Shown here in pieces: positions 1 through 8,162 of a stretch of DNA of 64,000 nt. Under the pieces are notes generated by a model. The model was not told the origin of the DNA. It saw nothing but the letters and a program-made list of their open reading frames with translations, and made no database searches. The DNA is from Candidatus Latescibacterota bacterium (GTDB taxonomy: Bacteria; Latescibacterota; UBA2968; UBA8231). Made by a program: the position numbers and the translations under genes. Position 1 is the stretch's first letter; each line of letters starts with the position of its first letter. The DNA is taken from the NCBI GenBank assembly GCA_965242865.1, contig CBDETK010000013.1, positions 832,001-896,000 on the forward strand, written 5' to 3'.

Positions 1-5
1 AGCGG

Positions 6-1655
6 ATGGAGCGAGACGGGCTGGGCGTGGCCGAAGTCGATGCGCTGACCGGCCCGCTGATGGGACGGCCCTCCAGCGCGACCTTGCGCGTTTGCGACCT
101 CGTGGGCTTGGACACGGTCGCGCACGTGGCCGAGACCAGCTACCGAGGACTGGCGACCGATCCGTGGCGGGCGCTTTTTGCGTTGCCGGCCTTTTACCGA
201 CGCATGTTAGCGGAGAACGCGCTCGGGGCCAAGGTCAATGCCGGGTTTTACCGCAAGGGCGCGGCCGGCATTGAGGCCCTCGACTTGGCTACCTTCGCCT
301 ACCAACCTGTGCAACAGGTGGAGATTTTGGCCGCGGCGTTGGGTATGCGTTCTCCAGCGCACCGCCTGCGCGCCTTGTGGAACGATGCGGGCCCGTGGGG
401 CGCGCTCGGGCGGGCGCATCTCGCGGCCGTGCTGGCGTACGCCGCGGAGCACGCCAGCGATATAGCCAGCGACATTGGCTCGATCGATCAGGCGATGCGC
501 TGGGGCTTTAACTGGGCGCTAGGGCCTTTTGAGTTGTGGGATCTCTTCGGCGTCGAAGCGGTGGTCCATTATCTAGCGGCCAACCAACAGCGCGTCCCGG
601 ACCTCGCCACCCAATTGCTCGCGGCCGGTGAAACGCGCTTTTACCAAGAGCAGGGCGCGTTTTCACCGACCCGGTTGCAGCGCGAACGCTGGCAACCGCC
701 GGCCGACGATTGGGCGCGGCTGGCGGCCGAGCGTGCGGTCTGGTCCAACGCCGGGGCCTACTTGGTCGAGCTGGACGAAGGGTTCGGGGCGTTGGTGTTC
801 AGCGGCAAGATGAACGCCTTGGGGCCAGCCGCGCTAGAAGCCGTCCACCACGCGGTGGCTACGGCCCCGTTTACCGGCTTGGTGCTCGCCGGCGCGGGCT
901 CCTCGTTTTCGGTCGGCGCCGACTTGCAGCACGTGGCCCAGCTCGCGGACCAGCGCGACTGGCCCGGGTTGGAAGCGTTTGTCGCGGCCTTCCAAGCGGC
1001 CGTGCAAGCGTTGCGCTACGCGCCTTTTCCGGTCGTCGCGGCGCTGCGCGGTTGGGCGTTGGGCGGCGGGTGCGAGTTCGCCTTGGCCGCCGATGGGCGC
1101 GTGGCAACGGCCGAACTGGGCATGGGCTTGGTGGAGACCAAGGTCGGCCTGATCCCGGGCAGCGGCGGCTGCATGGAGCTGGCGCGGAGGAGGGCGACCG
1201 ATATAGCCGCCGCGTTTGAGACGATTTTTAGCGGGGCCTTCAGCGACAACGCTTTTCAGGCCCGAGCGTGGGGTCTCCTCCGGGCCGAGGACGAGATTGC
1301 CTTGGCCGAGGGCCAGCTCTTAAAACGGGCCGCAGCCCAATTGCGTACCTTGCTCGCGGCCGGCTACTGCGCGGGCGCACCAAGCGAGATAGCGGTTGCT
1401 GGAGACGAGGGGCTGGCGCTTTTGCACGACCGCATCGACGAAGGCCGGGCGGCCGGACAACTCAGCGAGCACGACGCGGTCGTCGGGCGCGGTCTAGCGC
1501 GGGTGCTTACCGGAGACGGCGGGCCGCGCCGAGCAGTAGAAGAGCGCCACTTGCTCGATTTGGAACGCGAAGTCTTTCTGCATCTATGTGGCACCGAGGG
1601 GACGCAACAGCGCATAGCGCACATGCTGCACACCGGTAAACCATTGAAAAATTGA
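6..1655 (+). CDS. 3-hydroxyacyl-CoA dehydrogenase / enoyl-CoA hydratase multifunctional protein (FadN-like), probably 5'-truncated by the window edge
   Basis: DLVGLDT and MRWGFNWALGPFELWD (3HCDH C-terminal domain), followed by crotonase motifs FSVGADL and ALGGGCEF...GLVETKVGLIPG; NAD-binding N-terminus absent, frame open to the window start. Confidence 0.9.
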   Translation: MERDGLGVAEVDALTGPLMGRPSSATLRVCDLVGLDTVAHVAETSYRGLATDPWRALFALPAFYRRMLAENALGAKVNAGFYRKGAAGIEALDLATFAYQPVQQVEILAAALGMRSPAHRLRALWNDAGPWGALGRAHLAAVLAYAAEHASDIASDIGSIDQAMRWGFNWALGPFELWDLFGVEAVVHYLAANQQRVPDLATQLLAAGETRFYQEQGAFSPTRLQRERWQPPADDWARLAAERAVWSNAGAYLVELDEGFGALVFSGKMNALGPAALEAVHHAVATAPFTGLVLAGAGSSFSVGADLQHVAQLADQRDWPGLEAFVAAFQAAVQALRYAPFPVVAALRGWALGGGCEFALAADGRVATAELGMGLVETKVGLIPGSGGCMELARRRATDIAAAFETIFSGAFSDNAFQARAWGLLRAEDEIALAEGQLLKRAAAQLRTLLAAGYCAGAPSEIAVAGDEGLALLHDRIDEGRAAGQLSEHDAVVGRGLARVLTGDGGPRRAVEERHLLDLEREVFLHLCGTEGTQQRIAHMLHTGKPLKN

Positions 1656-1669
1656 AAGGGAAGGGGACT

Positions 1670-3118
1670 ATGGGCTTGCGGAGTGCCGACGAATTCAAAG
1701 AGGGCTTGCGCGACGGGCGCGCGGTGTACCATCGAGGCGAGCGGGTCGCGGACGTAACCGCGCACCACGACTTGGGGATTGGGGTGGAGCACGTGGCCTT
1801 GGACTTTGAGCTGGCCGAGGACCCAGCGCACCGCGACCTGATGACTTGGATGGATGAAGAGTTGGGCGAACCTGTCAGCCGCTACTTTAAGACGCCGGTC
1901 CATGCCGGCGATTTGCTCAACCGCCGCGAGATGATCGAGCGTTCAACGCGGCTGGGCCACAGCGTGGTGTTGCTGATCAAGGAGATTGGCACGGACGCGC
2001 TCTTCGCCCTCGACCTGATCGCCGACCATCTCGACAACCATGCCGGTGGACCCTACCGGGCGCGGGTGCAAGCCTTTCACCGCGAGTGCAAGCAGCGCGA
2101 CCTGAGCTTGGCCGTGGCCCAAACCGACGCCAAGGGCGACCGCAGTCTCTTGCCCTCGCAGCAAGCACACCCCGATTACTACGTCCACATCGTCGAGGAG
2201 CGGGCCGATGGGATCGTGGTGCGCGGGGCCAAAGCTCACACGACATGCGCCCCGTATGTCGATGAACTCATCGTCTTGCCGACTCGTGCGCTCAAGGAGG
2301 TGGACGCGGAGTATGCCGTGGCCTTTGCCACGCCGGTCAATGCCCCGGGGATCAAGCTGATCGCCAGTCCCTTTGGCTCGCCGCCGGTGAGCAAGTTCCA
2401 CCACCCGGTCAGCTCCGAGCACCGCATGATCGACACTCTGACGATCTTCGACGATGTCTTTATTCCCAACGAGCGCGTCTTCCTCAAAGGGGAGTGGCAA
2501 TACGCCGGGCCGCTGGCCAACGCATTCGTCGAATTTCACCGCTTTACGGCCGCCTCCTACAAGCCGCCGCTCTGCGACCTCTTTATTGGGGCCGCGGCCC
2601 TGCTCGCCCAGTACAACGGCATTGCCAAGGCCGGCCACGTGCGCGAGAAACTGACCAAGCTCATCACCTACACTGAGACCGTCCGCGGGCTGACCTTGGC
2701 CGCGGCCCACGATTGCCGCATCGCTGCCAATGGCACGGCCGTGCCCAACATCGTCTTCACCAACCTAGCTAAGTTCCACTTTGCCAATAACTATCACCAA
2801 GCCGCGTCTTGGGTTCAGGACATCGCCGGCGGACTGGTGGTCACCGGGCCGTCGGAAGAGGACTTGGCCAACCCCGAGACAAAGGGCTATATCGAACGCT
2901 TCTTGGGCGGTGGGAACGGCGTGGACGCCGAGGCGCGGCTGCGGGCGATCAACTTGGTGCGCGACCTGACGGCTTCAACGTTTGGCGGGTACAACGAGTT
3001 GCTGGCCATTCACGCCGAAGGCTCGTTGGAAACCCAGAAAATTACCATTCTGCGCGATTACGACGTCGAGCGTTGTCTCCGGCTGGCCAAAGAAGCCATT
3101 GGCATGGATGTGGATTGA
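1670..3118 (+). CDS. 4-hydroxyphenylacetate 3-hydroxylase / 4-hydroxybutyryl-CoA dehydratase family flavoprotein
   Basis: AQTDAKGDRS, GIVVRGAKAHTT, IFDDVFIPNERVF, DIAGGLVVTGPS; ATG 1670 after AAGGGGA (alternative TTG 1652). Confidence 0.85.
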   Translation: MGLRSADEFKEGLRDGRAVYHRGERVADVTAHHDLGIGVEHVALDFELAEDPAHRDLMTWMDEELGEPVSRYFKTPVHAGDLLNRREMIERSTRLGHSVVLLIKEIGTDALFALDLIADHLDNHAGGPYRARVQAFHRECKQRDLSLAVAQTDAKGDRSLLPSQQAHPDYYVHIVEERADGIVVRGAKAHTTCAPYVDELIVLPTRALKEVDAEYAVAFATPVNAPGIKLIASPFGSPPVSKFHHPVSSEHRMIDTLTIFDDVFIPNERVFLKGEWQYAGPLANAFVEFHRFTAASYKPPLCDLFIGAAALLAQYNGIAKAGHVREKLTKLITYTETVRGLTLAAAHDCRIAANGTAVPNIVFTNLAKFHFANNYHQAASWVQDIAGGLVVTGPSEEDLANPETKGYIERFLGGGNGVDAEARLRAINLVRDLTASTFGGYNELLAIHAEGSLETQKITILRDYDVERCLRLAKEAIGMDVD

Positions 3119-3352
3119 GCCAAACAAAACAAACGCTTAAACGGTTAAAACATGTTGCAACAGTTGCTTATCTCATATTCAGACTCTATATTAGTCTAAA
3201 TCCTCTTCTGTTTGGTTTATTCAAACTACTTTGTTTTCGGTTGTATTCCCCCCCTCCGCATCCGAAACTCCCTACCACATTTAGGTACCATCATAGCTTA
3301 ATGCAGCCACGAGTCCCCATGCTGGCTCATTAGCAATAGGAGGCGTCAAGTT

Positions 3353-4204
3353 ATGACTATGACTACCTTTCAGACCGATTCTATTGTGGATCAGTATTTC
3401 CACGAGATTGAGGGTTCTGTCGGGTTATCGTCTGCGGACGAAGTGGCTATTGCCCAGCAAATAAAAGAGGGAGACGAAGAGGCACTATCCGATCTGGTGA
3501 AAGCCAACTTGCGATTTGTCGTAAGCGTGGCCAAGCAATACCAGAATCTGGGCTTGCCCCTTTCGGACCTGATTAACGAGGGGAACTTGGGGCTTATTAT
3601 CGCCGCCAAACGCTTTGACGGCACCAAGGGCTTCAAATTCATTTCCTATGCCGTGTGGTGGATCCGCCAGTCGATCCTGCAAGCATTGGCCAATCAGTCG
3701 CGCATCGTGCGGTTGCCGCTGAATCGCATCGGCGAGCTGACTCGCGTCAATAGGGTGCTCAACAAGCTCGAACAGGGCCTGGGGCGTCCCCCGGAAGTGG
3801 AGGAAATAGCCGAAGAGCTAGAGGTCGAACCCGGCGACATGGAGCTTCTGTTGCGGTTGGCCCAAAGGCCGGTTTCGCTGGAGATGCCCTGCGACGAATC
3901 CGAACCGGATCGCTGTTTCGGCGATCTAATTCCCGACTACAGTCAGCCTTCCAGCGACGAGGCCCTGTCCAGCGACGAGCTCAAGGCGGTGATCCTCAAC
4001 GCCATGCACTTCTTGACCGAGGGCGAGGCTCGCGTGTTGAAAATGTATTACGGGTTGGATGGACACGAGCCGATGACCTTGGAGAAGATCGGGGCTTATG
4101 TCGGGCGCACTCGGGAGCGGGTACGGCAGATCAAGGAAAAGGCCCTGCAGAAGCTGCGCCATCCGGCTCGTTGCGACTCCCTCAAGGAGTACTACGCGGA
4201 TTAA
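3353..4204 (+). CDS. RNA polymerase sigma factor, RpoD/SigA family (short, no region 1.1)
   Basis: ANLRFVVSVAKQY, DLINEGNLGL, KFISYAVWWIRQSI, TRERVRQIKEKAL; AGGAGG RBS. Confidence 0.93.
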   Translation: MTMTTFQTDSIVDQYFHEIEGSVGLSSADEVAIAQQIKEGDEEALSDLVKANLRFVVSVAKQYQNLGLPLSDLINEGNLGLIIAAKRFDGTKGFKFISYAVWWIRQSILQALANQSRIVRLPLNRIGELTRVNRVLNKLEQGLGRPPEVEEIAEELEVEPGDMELLLRLAQRPVSLEMPCDESEPDRCFGDLIPDYSQPSSDEALSSDELKAVILNAMHFLTEGEARVLKMYYGLDGHEPMTLEKIGAYVGRTRERVRQIKEKALQKLRHPARCDSLKEYYAD

Positions 4205-4266
4205 TCGTCTGCTGCTGCGGGGTGAATTTGATTTTTGCCCGATTTTTCGTTACTATATTTGTTCAT

Positions 4267-4342
4267 TCCGCGGTAGCTCAGTTGGCAGAGCGGGTGGCTG
4301 TTAACCACTTGGTCGTAGGTTCGAATCCTACCCGCGGAGCCA
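4267..4342 (+). tRNA. tRNA-Asn (GTT)
   Basis: Acceptor stem TCCGCGG/CCGCGGA, D-arm TAGCTCAGTTGGCAGAGC, anticodon loop CT-GTT-AA, T-loop GGTTCGAATCC, encoded CCA; 76 nt. Confidence 0.97.
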
Positions 4343-4349
4343 GATTGGT

Positions 4350-4390
4350 AAATCGCCGCCACGCTTGAGTCTCAGGCGCGGCGGCGATTT
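4350..4390. terminator. Hairpin between convergent tRNA-Asn and msrAB, probable bidirectional terminator
   Basis: AAATCGCCGCC...GGCGGCGATTT inverted repeat. Confidence 0.6.
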
Positions 4391-4463
4391 GCTGTTTGGG
4401 GCCGGCAATCATTGTGGCGGCGCGGCGTCCAAACATCTCTCTGCTTCCAACGCAATCACGCAA

Positions 4464-5525
4464 TCATTCAAAGAGGGCCGCGTATTCGCCGTAGCCTTCT
4501 TGGGCCAAATCCTCGACCGGAATAAAGCGCAGGGCCGCCGAGTTGATGCAGTAGCGCAGCCCCGTGGGCGGCGGGCCGTCGGCAAAGACGTGCCCGAGAT
4601 GCGAGTCCGCGTATTTGCTGCGGACCTCGACGCGGGTCATAAACAGCGAGTTGTCGGTGTGCTCGACGATGTGATCCGGCTCTAGGGGCTGGGTAAAGCT
4701 GGGCCAGCCGGTGCCGGATTTGAACTTGTGCTGCGAGCTAAAGAGGGGTTCGCCGGAAACGATATCGACGTAGATGCCAGCGGCCTTGTTGTCCCAGTAC
4801 AGGTTGTGGAAGGGCCGCTCGGTCGCGTCTTCTTGCGTGACCCGAAATTGCAAGTCCGTGAGCTTGGCACTCAAGGAGTCGATGGGAGGTTTGGCGTATT
4901 GGACGCTGGCGCTGGCCGTGGGCGTCGGGCGGTCGCGGCCCCACGTCTCTTCGATAAAGCGGTCGCGGCCCGAGCCTCGGCGATAGCGTTTGTAGTGCTG
5001 GGGATTCTTTCGGTGGTAATCTTGGTGGTACTCCTCGGCCGGGTAAAAGATGGTAGCTGGCCGGATGGACGTGGCGATGGGCTGGTCAAAGCGGCCCGAC
5101 TCGTCGAGGGCCTGTTTGCTGGCTTCGGCTAAGGTGCGTTGCTCGTCGTCGTGGTAAAATATGGCCGAGGTGTATTGGTGGCCGCGGTCGTAAAAGGACC
5201 CCCCTCGGTCGGTGGGATCGAATTGACGCCAGTAGATGTCGAGGAGTTGGCTAAAAGAGACGACCTCGGGGTCAAAGGTGACCAGTACGGATTCTATGTG
5301 CTGGGTCGCGCCGGAGCTGACTTGCTTATAAGTTGGGTTTTCGCGCTCGCCGCCGGTGTAGCCGGAAACGGCTGAGACGACCCCCTCGACCTCGTCAAAG
5401 GGGGCTTCAATGCACCAGAAACACCCTCCGGCAAACGTCGCTTGGGCGTAGGTTTGGGCGCGGCTGGTTTGCGTGCTAAAAATCCCCACAGCCGCGCCGA
5501 GTAGAATGAGCAGTTTGGCGTCCAT
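4464..5525 (-). CDS. msrAB: Exported bifunctional peptide methionine sulfoxide reductase MsrA/MsrB
   Basis: Signal peptide; [16 protein letters not shown] (MsrA); [20 protein letters not shown] (MsrB). Confidence 0.95.
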   Translation of the reverse strand: MDAKLLILLGAAVGIFSTQTSRAQTYAQATFAGGCFWCIEAPFDEVEGVVSAVSGYTGGERENPTYKQVSSGATQHIESVLVTFDPEVVSFSQLLDIYWRQFDPTDRGGSFYDRGHQYTSAIFYHDDEQRTLAEASKQALDESGRFDQPIATSIRPATIFYPAEEYHQDYHRKNPQHYKRYRRGSGRDRFIEETWGRDRPTPTASASVQYAKPPIDSLSAKLTDLQFRVTQEDATERPFHNLYWDNKAAGIYVDIVSGEPLFSSQHKFKSGTGWPSFTQPLEPDHIVEHTDNSLFMTRVEVRSKYADSHLGHVFADGPPPTGLRYCINSAALRFIPVEDLAQEGYGEYAALFE

Positions 5526-5647
5526 AGGTCCTCCTTTGGTAATGGGGGCCGAACTTTATTGATAGAACACCGCAGAGACCGCCAAGTTCCGCTCTTGCGG
5601 ATCCTGTGTTTAGGCTTTTATTTAACGACAGCAAATAACCTAAATCA

Positions 5648-5748
5648 GGGCCGGGCCTCCGTGCCTGCCCGTTAGAATTTCGTTGGGGCAGGCCCCCGTA
5701 CCTGCCCGTTAGAATTCCGTTGGGGCAGGCCCCCGTGCCTGCCCGTTA
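5648..5748 (+). repeat. Three tandem 37-bp REP-like units GGGGCAGGCCCCCGTGCCTGCCCGTTAGAATTTCGTT
   Basis: Units start at 5648, 5685 and 5722; each has a GGGCAGGC/GCCTGCCC hairpin; no unique spacers. Confidence 0.8.
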
Positions 5749-5905
5749 CAGCGGCAAATTTGGCACGATCGGTTGGCAAATGAACGAGACGATGGTTAAG
5801 CATTTCACATCAGGCAGGGGCTTTGCTGTGGGGCAAAACCCTGTTGGGTGCTTGGAATCATCGTCGGATTTAATGTGTCGTAAGTCCTTGAAAAACAACA
5901 ACTTA

Positions 5906-5922
5906 CCCCCCCCCCCCCCCCC
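5906..5922 (+). repeat. Poly-C homopolymer (C17), candidate slipped-strand switch
   Basis: 17 consecutive C; the paralogous locus has C15. Confidence 0.85.
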
Positions 5923-6277
5923 GAAAATTCTCCGCTAGCACCAAGCACTAAACCCTCTACAACTTCTCAGCATCGGCCGACGGATTGTGCGCGGCTGTTG
6001 GGCGTCGCGGCGATCTGGCCGCACGATCCCAAGCGCATGCTGCCGTGCGGCCTTTCTGCGGATCCACGTTTACGGCACCACCCCCGCAACCCGTCTGCCA
6101 AAAACCGAGGGCGGAATCTCCCCGCCCCGGACGCCGCCAGAACACCAGCAAAGGCCCACTCAAAGCAAGAGGCGCGTTCTGAGCGCTCCAAGTTAGCCCT
6201 AGGGCTAACTCCGCCTCTTTGGGTGCGTCATGCCTCTCTTCCAGTTTCCACACCATATCCATACAAAGGAGCAAAAA

Positions 6278-7969
6278 ATGCTTTCGTTGAAATCTCTCAA
6301 AACCCTGCTTGGCTTCGTCCTTTTGGGCGTCGTCGCTGCTTGGATGGGCTGCTCGGACTCCGCGCCGGTGGCCTCTCGGCCAGCGGGCAAAGCCACCTGT
6401 TCCTTGTGCGAATTCTTGGGCGACGACGCCTACACTGCTACCGACGGACTGGCCGCCCCCGAAAGCCCCGATAGCACCCAAACCGACGCCGACGCTGACA
6501 GTACACAGGCCGAGACCGACGCTGACGCCGATAGCACCCAAGCGGCCACCGTGGAGTTCGCCGACGCCAATCTGGAGCAGGCGGTGCGGGAGGCGTTGGA
6601 CCGCCCGTCAGGGCCGCTGACCCCGGCGGACTTGGCCGCCCTGACCGAACTCGACGCGAGCTATAAAAACATTGAGAGCGTGGCCGGCCTCGAACACGCG
6701 ACAGCACTGACAACGCTGTATCTACGGGGCAACGCGATTACCGACGTGAGCCCGTTGGCCAGTCTGACCAATCTGCACACGCTGTCGCTGTGGGGGAACA
6801 AGGTTGCGGACGTGAGTCCGCTGGCCAGCCTGATCAGCTTGCGCAAACTGGATATGTGGGGCAACGCGATTACCGACGTGCAGCCGTTAGCCGGCCTAAC
6901 GAACCTACAATTTCTCCAGCTAGGAGACAATGAGATTGAGGATGTCAGTCCGTTGGCGAGCCTGACGAACCTGCAATGGCTGGGCGTGATGGAAAACGCC
7001 CTCAGCCAGCACGCGGCCAACCAACAACTCGCCGCCGCAATCGCAAGCGGCCTCCGCGTCCAATCGTATATAGAAAAATACCGCCGCGTCGAAACGGTCC
7101 AAGTATCTAGAACGGAACCGGAGGAACAGACGGAACCCGCCCTATACTGGACGGACGGGGAGACGGATAAAATTCAGCGTGCTAACTTGGATGGCAAACA
7201 GGTCAAAGACCTCATCGACGACGCGATGGTATTGAATACGCCAGCGGGCATCGCGCTGGATTTGGTGAGCGGAAGGATATACTGGGCGGACCTTAACGCG
7301 GATAAAATTCAGCGTGCCAGCTTGGATGGCAAACAGGTCGAAGACCTCACCCCCCGCATCAACAGCTTCCTCCCCGACGGCGAGGAATTGCTTAATCCAT
7401 GGGACATCGAACTGGATTTGGCGCGCGGAAAGATGTACTGGACGGACTGGGGGCATAATAAGATTCAGCGTGCCAACTTGGATGGCTCACAGGTCGAAGA
7501 CCTCGTCACCAGCTTGGATGATCCATACCACATCGAACTGGATTTGGCGGGCGGAAAGATGTACTGGACAGACGGGGGCACGGATAAAATTCAGCGTGCC
7601 AATCTGTATGGCCCTCTCGAGACCGAAGATCTCGTCACCAGCACCGACGACGGATTGGATGATCCATCGGGCATTGCGCTGGATTTGGCGGGCGGAAAGA
7701 TGTACTGGACGGACTTTGGCACGGATAAAATTCAGCGTGCCGATCTGGACAGAGAGCCCGGAGATCCCGTCGAAGATCTCGTCACCAGCGGATTGCAGTT
7801 GCCAACGGACATCGCGCTGGATTTGGTGAACAGAAAGATGTACTGGACGGACTATGGCACGGATAAAATTCAGCGTGCCGATCTGGACAGAGAGCCCGGA
7901 GATCCCGTCGAAGATCTCGTCACCGACGGATTGATGCAGCCAATAGGCATCGCGCTGGGTACTCGGTAG
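6278..7969 (+). CDS. Lipoprotein with internalin-type leucine-rich repeats and a six-bladed YWTD (LDL-receptor class B-like) beta-propeller
   Basis: AAGGAG RBS, lipobox-like WMG-C, acidic STQxDADAD repeats, FADANLEQAVREAL cap, 22-aa LxxLxLxGNxITDVSPLASL repeats, six YWTD/YWAD blades. Confidence 0.9.
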   Translation: MLSLKSLKTLLGFVLLGVVAAWMGCSDSAPVASRPAGKATCSLCEFLGDDAYTATDGLAAPESPDSTQTDADADSTQAETDADADSTQAATVEFADANLEQAVREALDRPSGPLTPADLAALTELDASYKNIESVAGLEHATALTTLYLRGNAITDVSPLASLTNLHTLSLWGNKVADVSPLASLISLRKLDMWGNAITDVQPLAGLTNLQFLQLGDNEIEDVSPLASLTNLQWLGVMENALSQHAANQQLAAAIASGLRVQSYIEKYRRVETVQVSRTEPEEQTEPALYWTDGETDKIQRANLDGKQVKDLIDDAMVLNTPAGIALDLVSGRIYWADLNADKIQRASLDGKQVEDLTPRINSFLPDGEELLNPWDIELDLARGKMYWTDWGHNKIQRANLDGSQVEDLVTSLDDPYHIELDLAGGKMYWTDGGTDKIQRANLYGPLETEDLVTSTDDGLDDPSGIALDLAGGKMYWTDFGTDKIQRADLDREPGDPVEDLVTSGLQLPTDIALDLVNRKMYWTDYGTDKIQRADLDREPGDPVEDLVTDGLMQPIGIALGTR

Positions 7970-8045
7970 TCATGGAGGTTCACCTGCCCGGCTGGCATGG
8001 CGTTGAGGCGACGCGGCAGAACGGCTAAGGAGCCGAGCGGGAAGG
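7948..8045 (+). repeat. Shared 3' tail of the LRR-YWTD cassette (copy 2 at 61838-61924)
   Basis: CATCGCGCTGGGT...CATGGAGGTTCACCTGCCCGGCTGGCATGGC...GCCGAGCGGGAAGG at both loci. Confidence 0.85.
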
Positions 8046-8088
8046 TGATGGCACAACCAGCCCGATAGTGCTGTATGGCTGGGGTCGA

Positions 8089-8113
8089 GGGGCGAATGAT
8101 TATTCGCCCGTAC
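8089..8113. repeat. REP-like palindrome
   Basis: GGGCGAAT-GATT-ATTCGCCC-GTAC. Confidence 0.55.
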
Positions 8114-8162
8114 TCGCGTATGGCTAAGATGCCAACGCGGGGATTCCGGCTATATTATCGGT

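Larger units (their letters stand above)
5596..6055 (+). repeat. Duplicated leader of the LRR-YWTD cassette, copy 1 (copy 2 at about 59398-59821)
   Basis: Long near-identical stretch including GCAAATAACCTAAATCAGGG, REP-like units, ATGAACGAGACGATGGTTAAGCATTTCACATCAG, a palindrome and poly-C. Confidence 0.9.

Noticed and set aside
3119-3352. AT-rich intergenic region as an ncRNA or riboswitch
   Set aside because: No recognisable conserved structure; most simply the promoter region of the sigma factor gene.
4267-4342. tRNA-Asn as an island or prophage attachment site
   Set aside because: No integrase nearby, and I saw no repeat of the tRNA 3' end in the window.
5648-5748. 37-bp repeats as a CRISPR array
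   Set aside because: The units are contiguous with no unique spacers, there are only 2-3 copies, and no cas genes are present; they fit REP-like hairpins.
6278-7969. Diversity-generating retroelement behind the paralog variation
   Set aside because: No reverse transcriptase in the window, and the differences between repeats are not adenine-specific.
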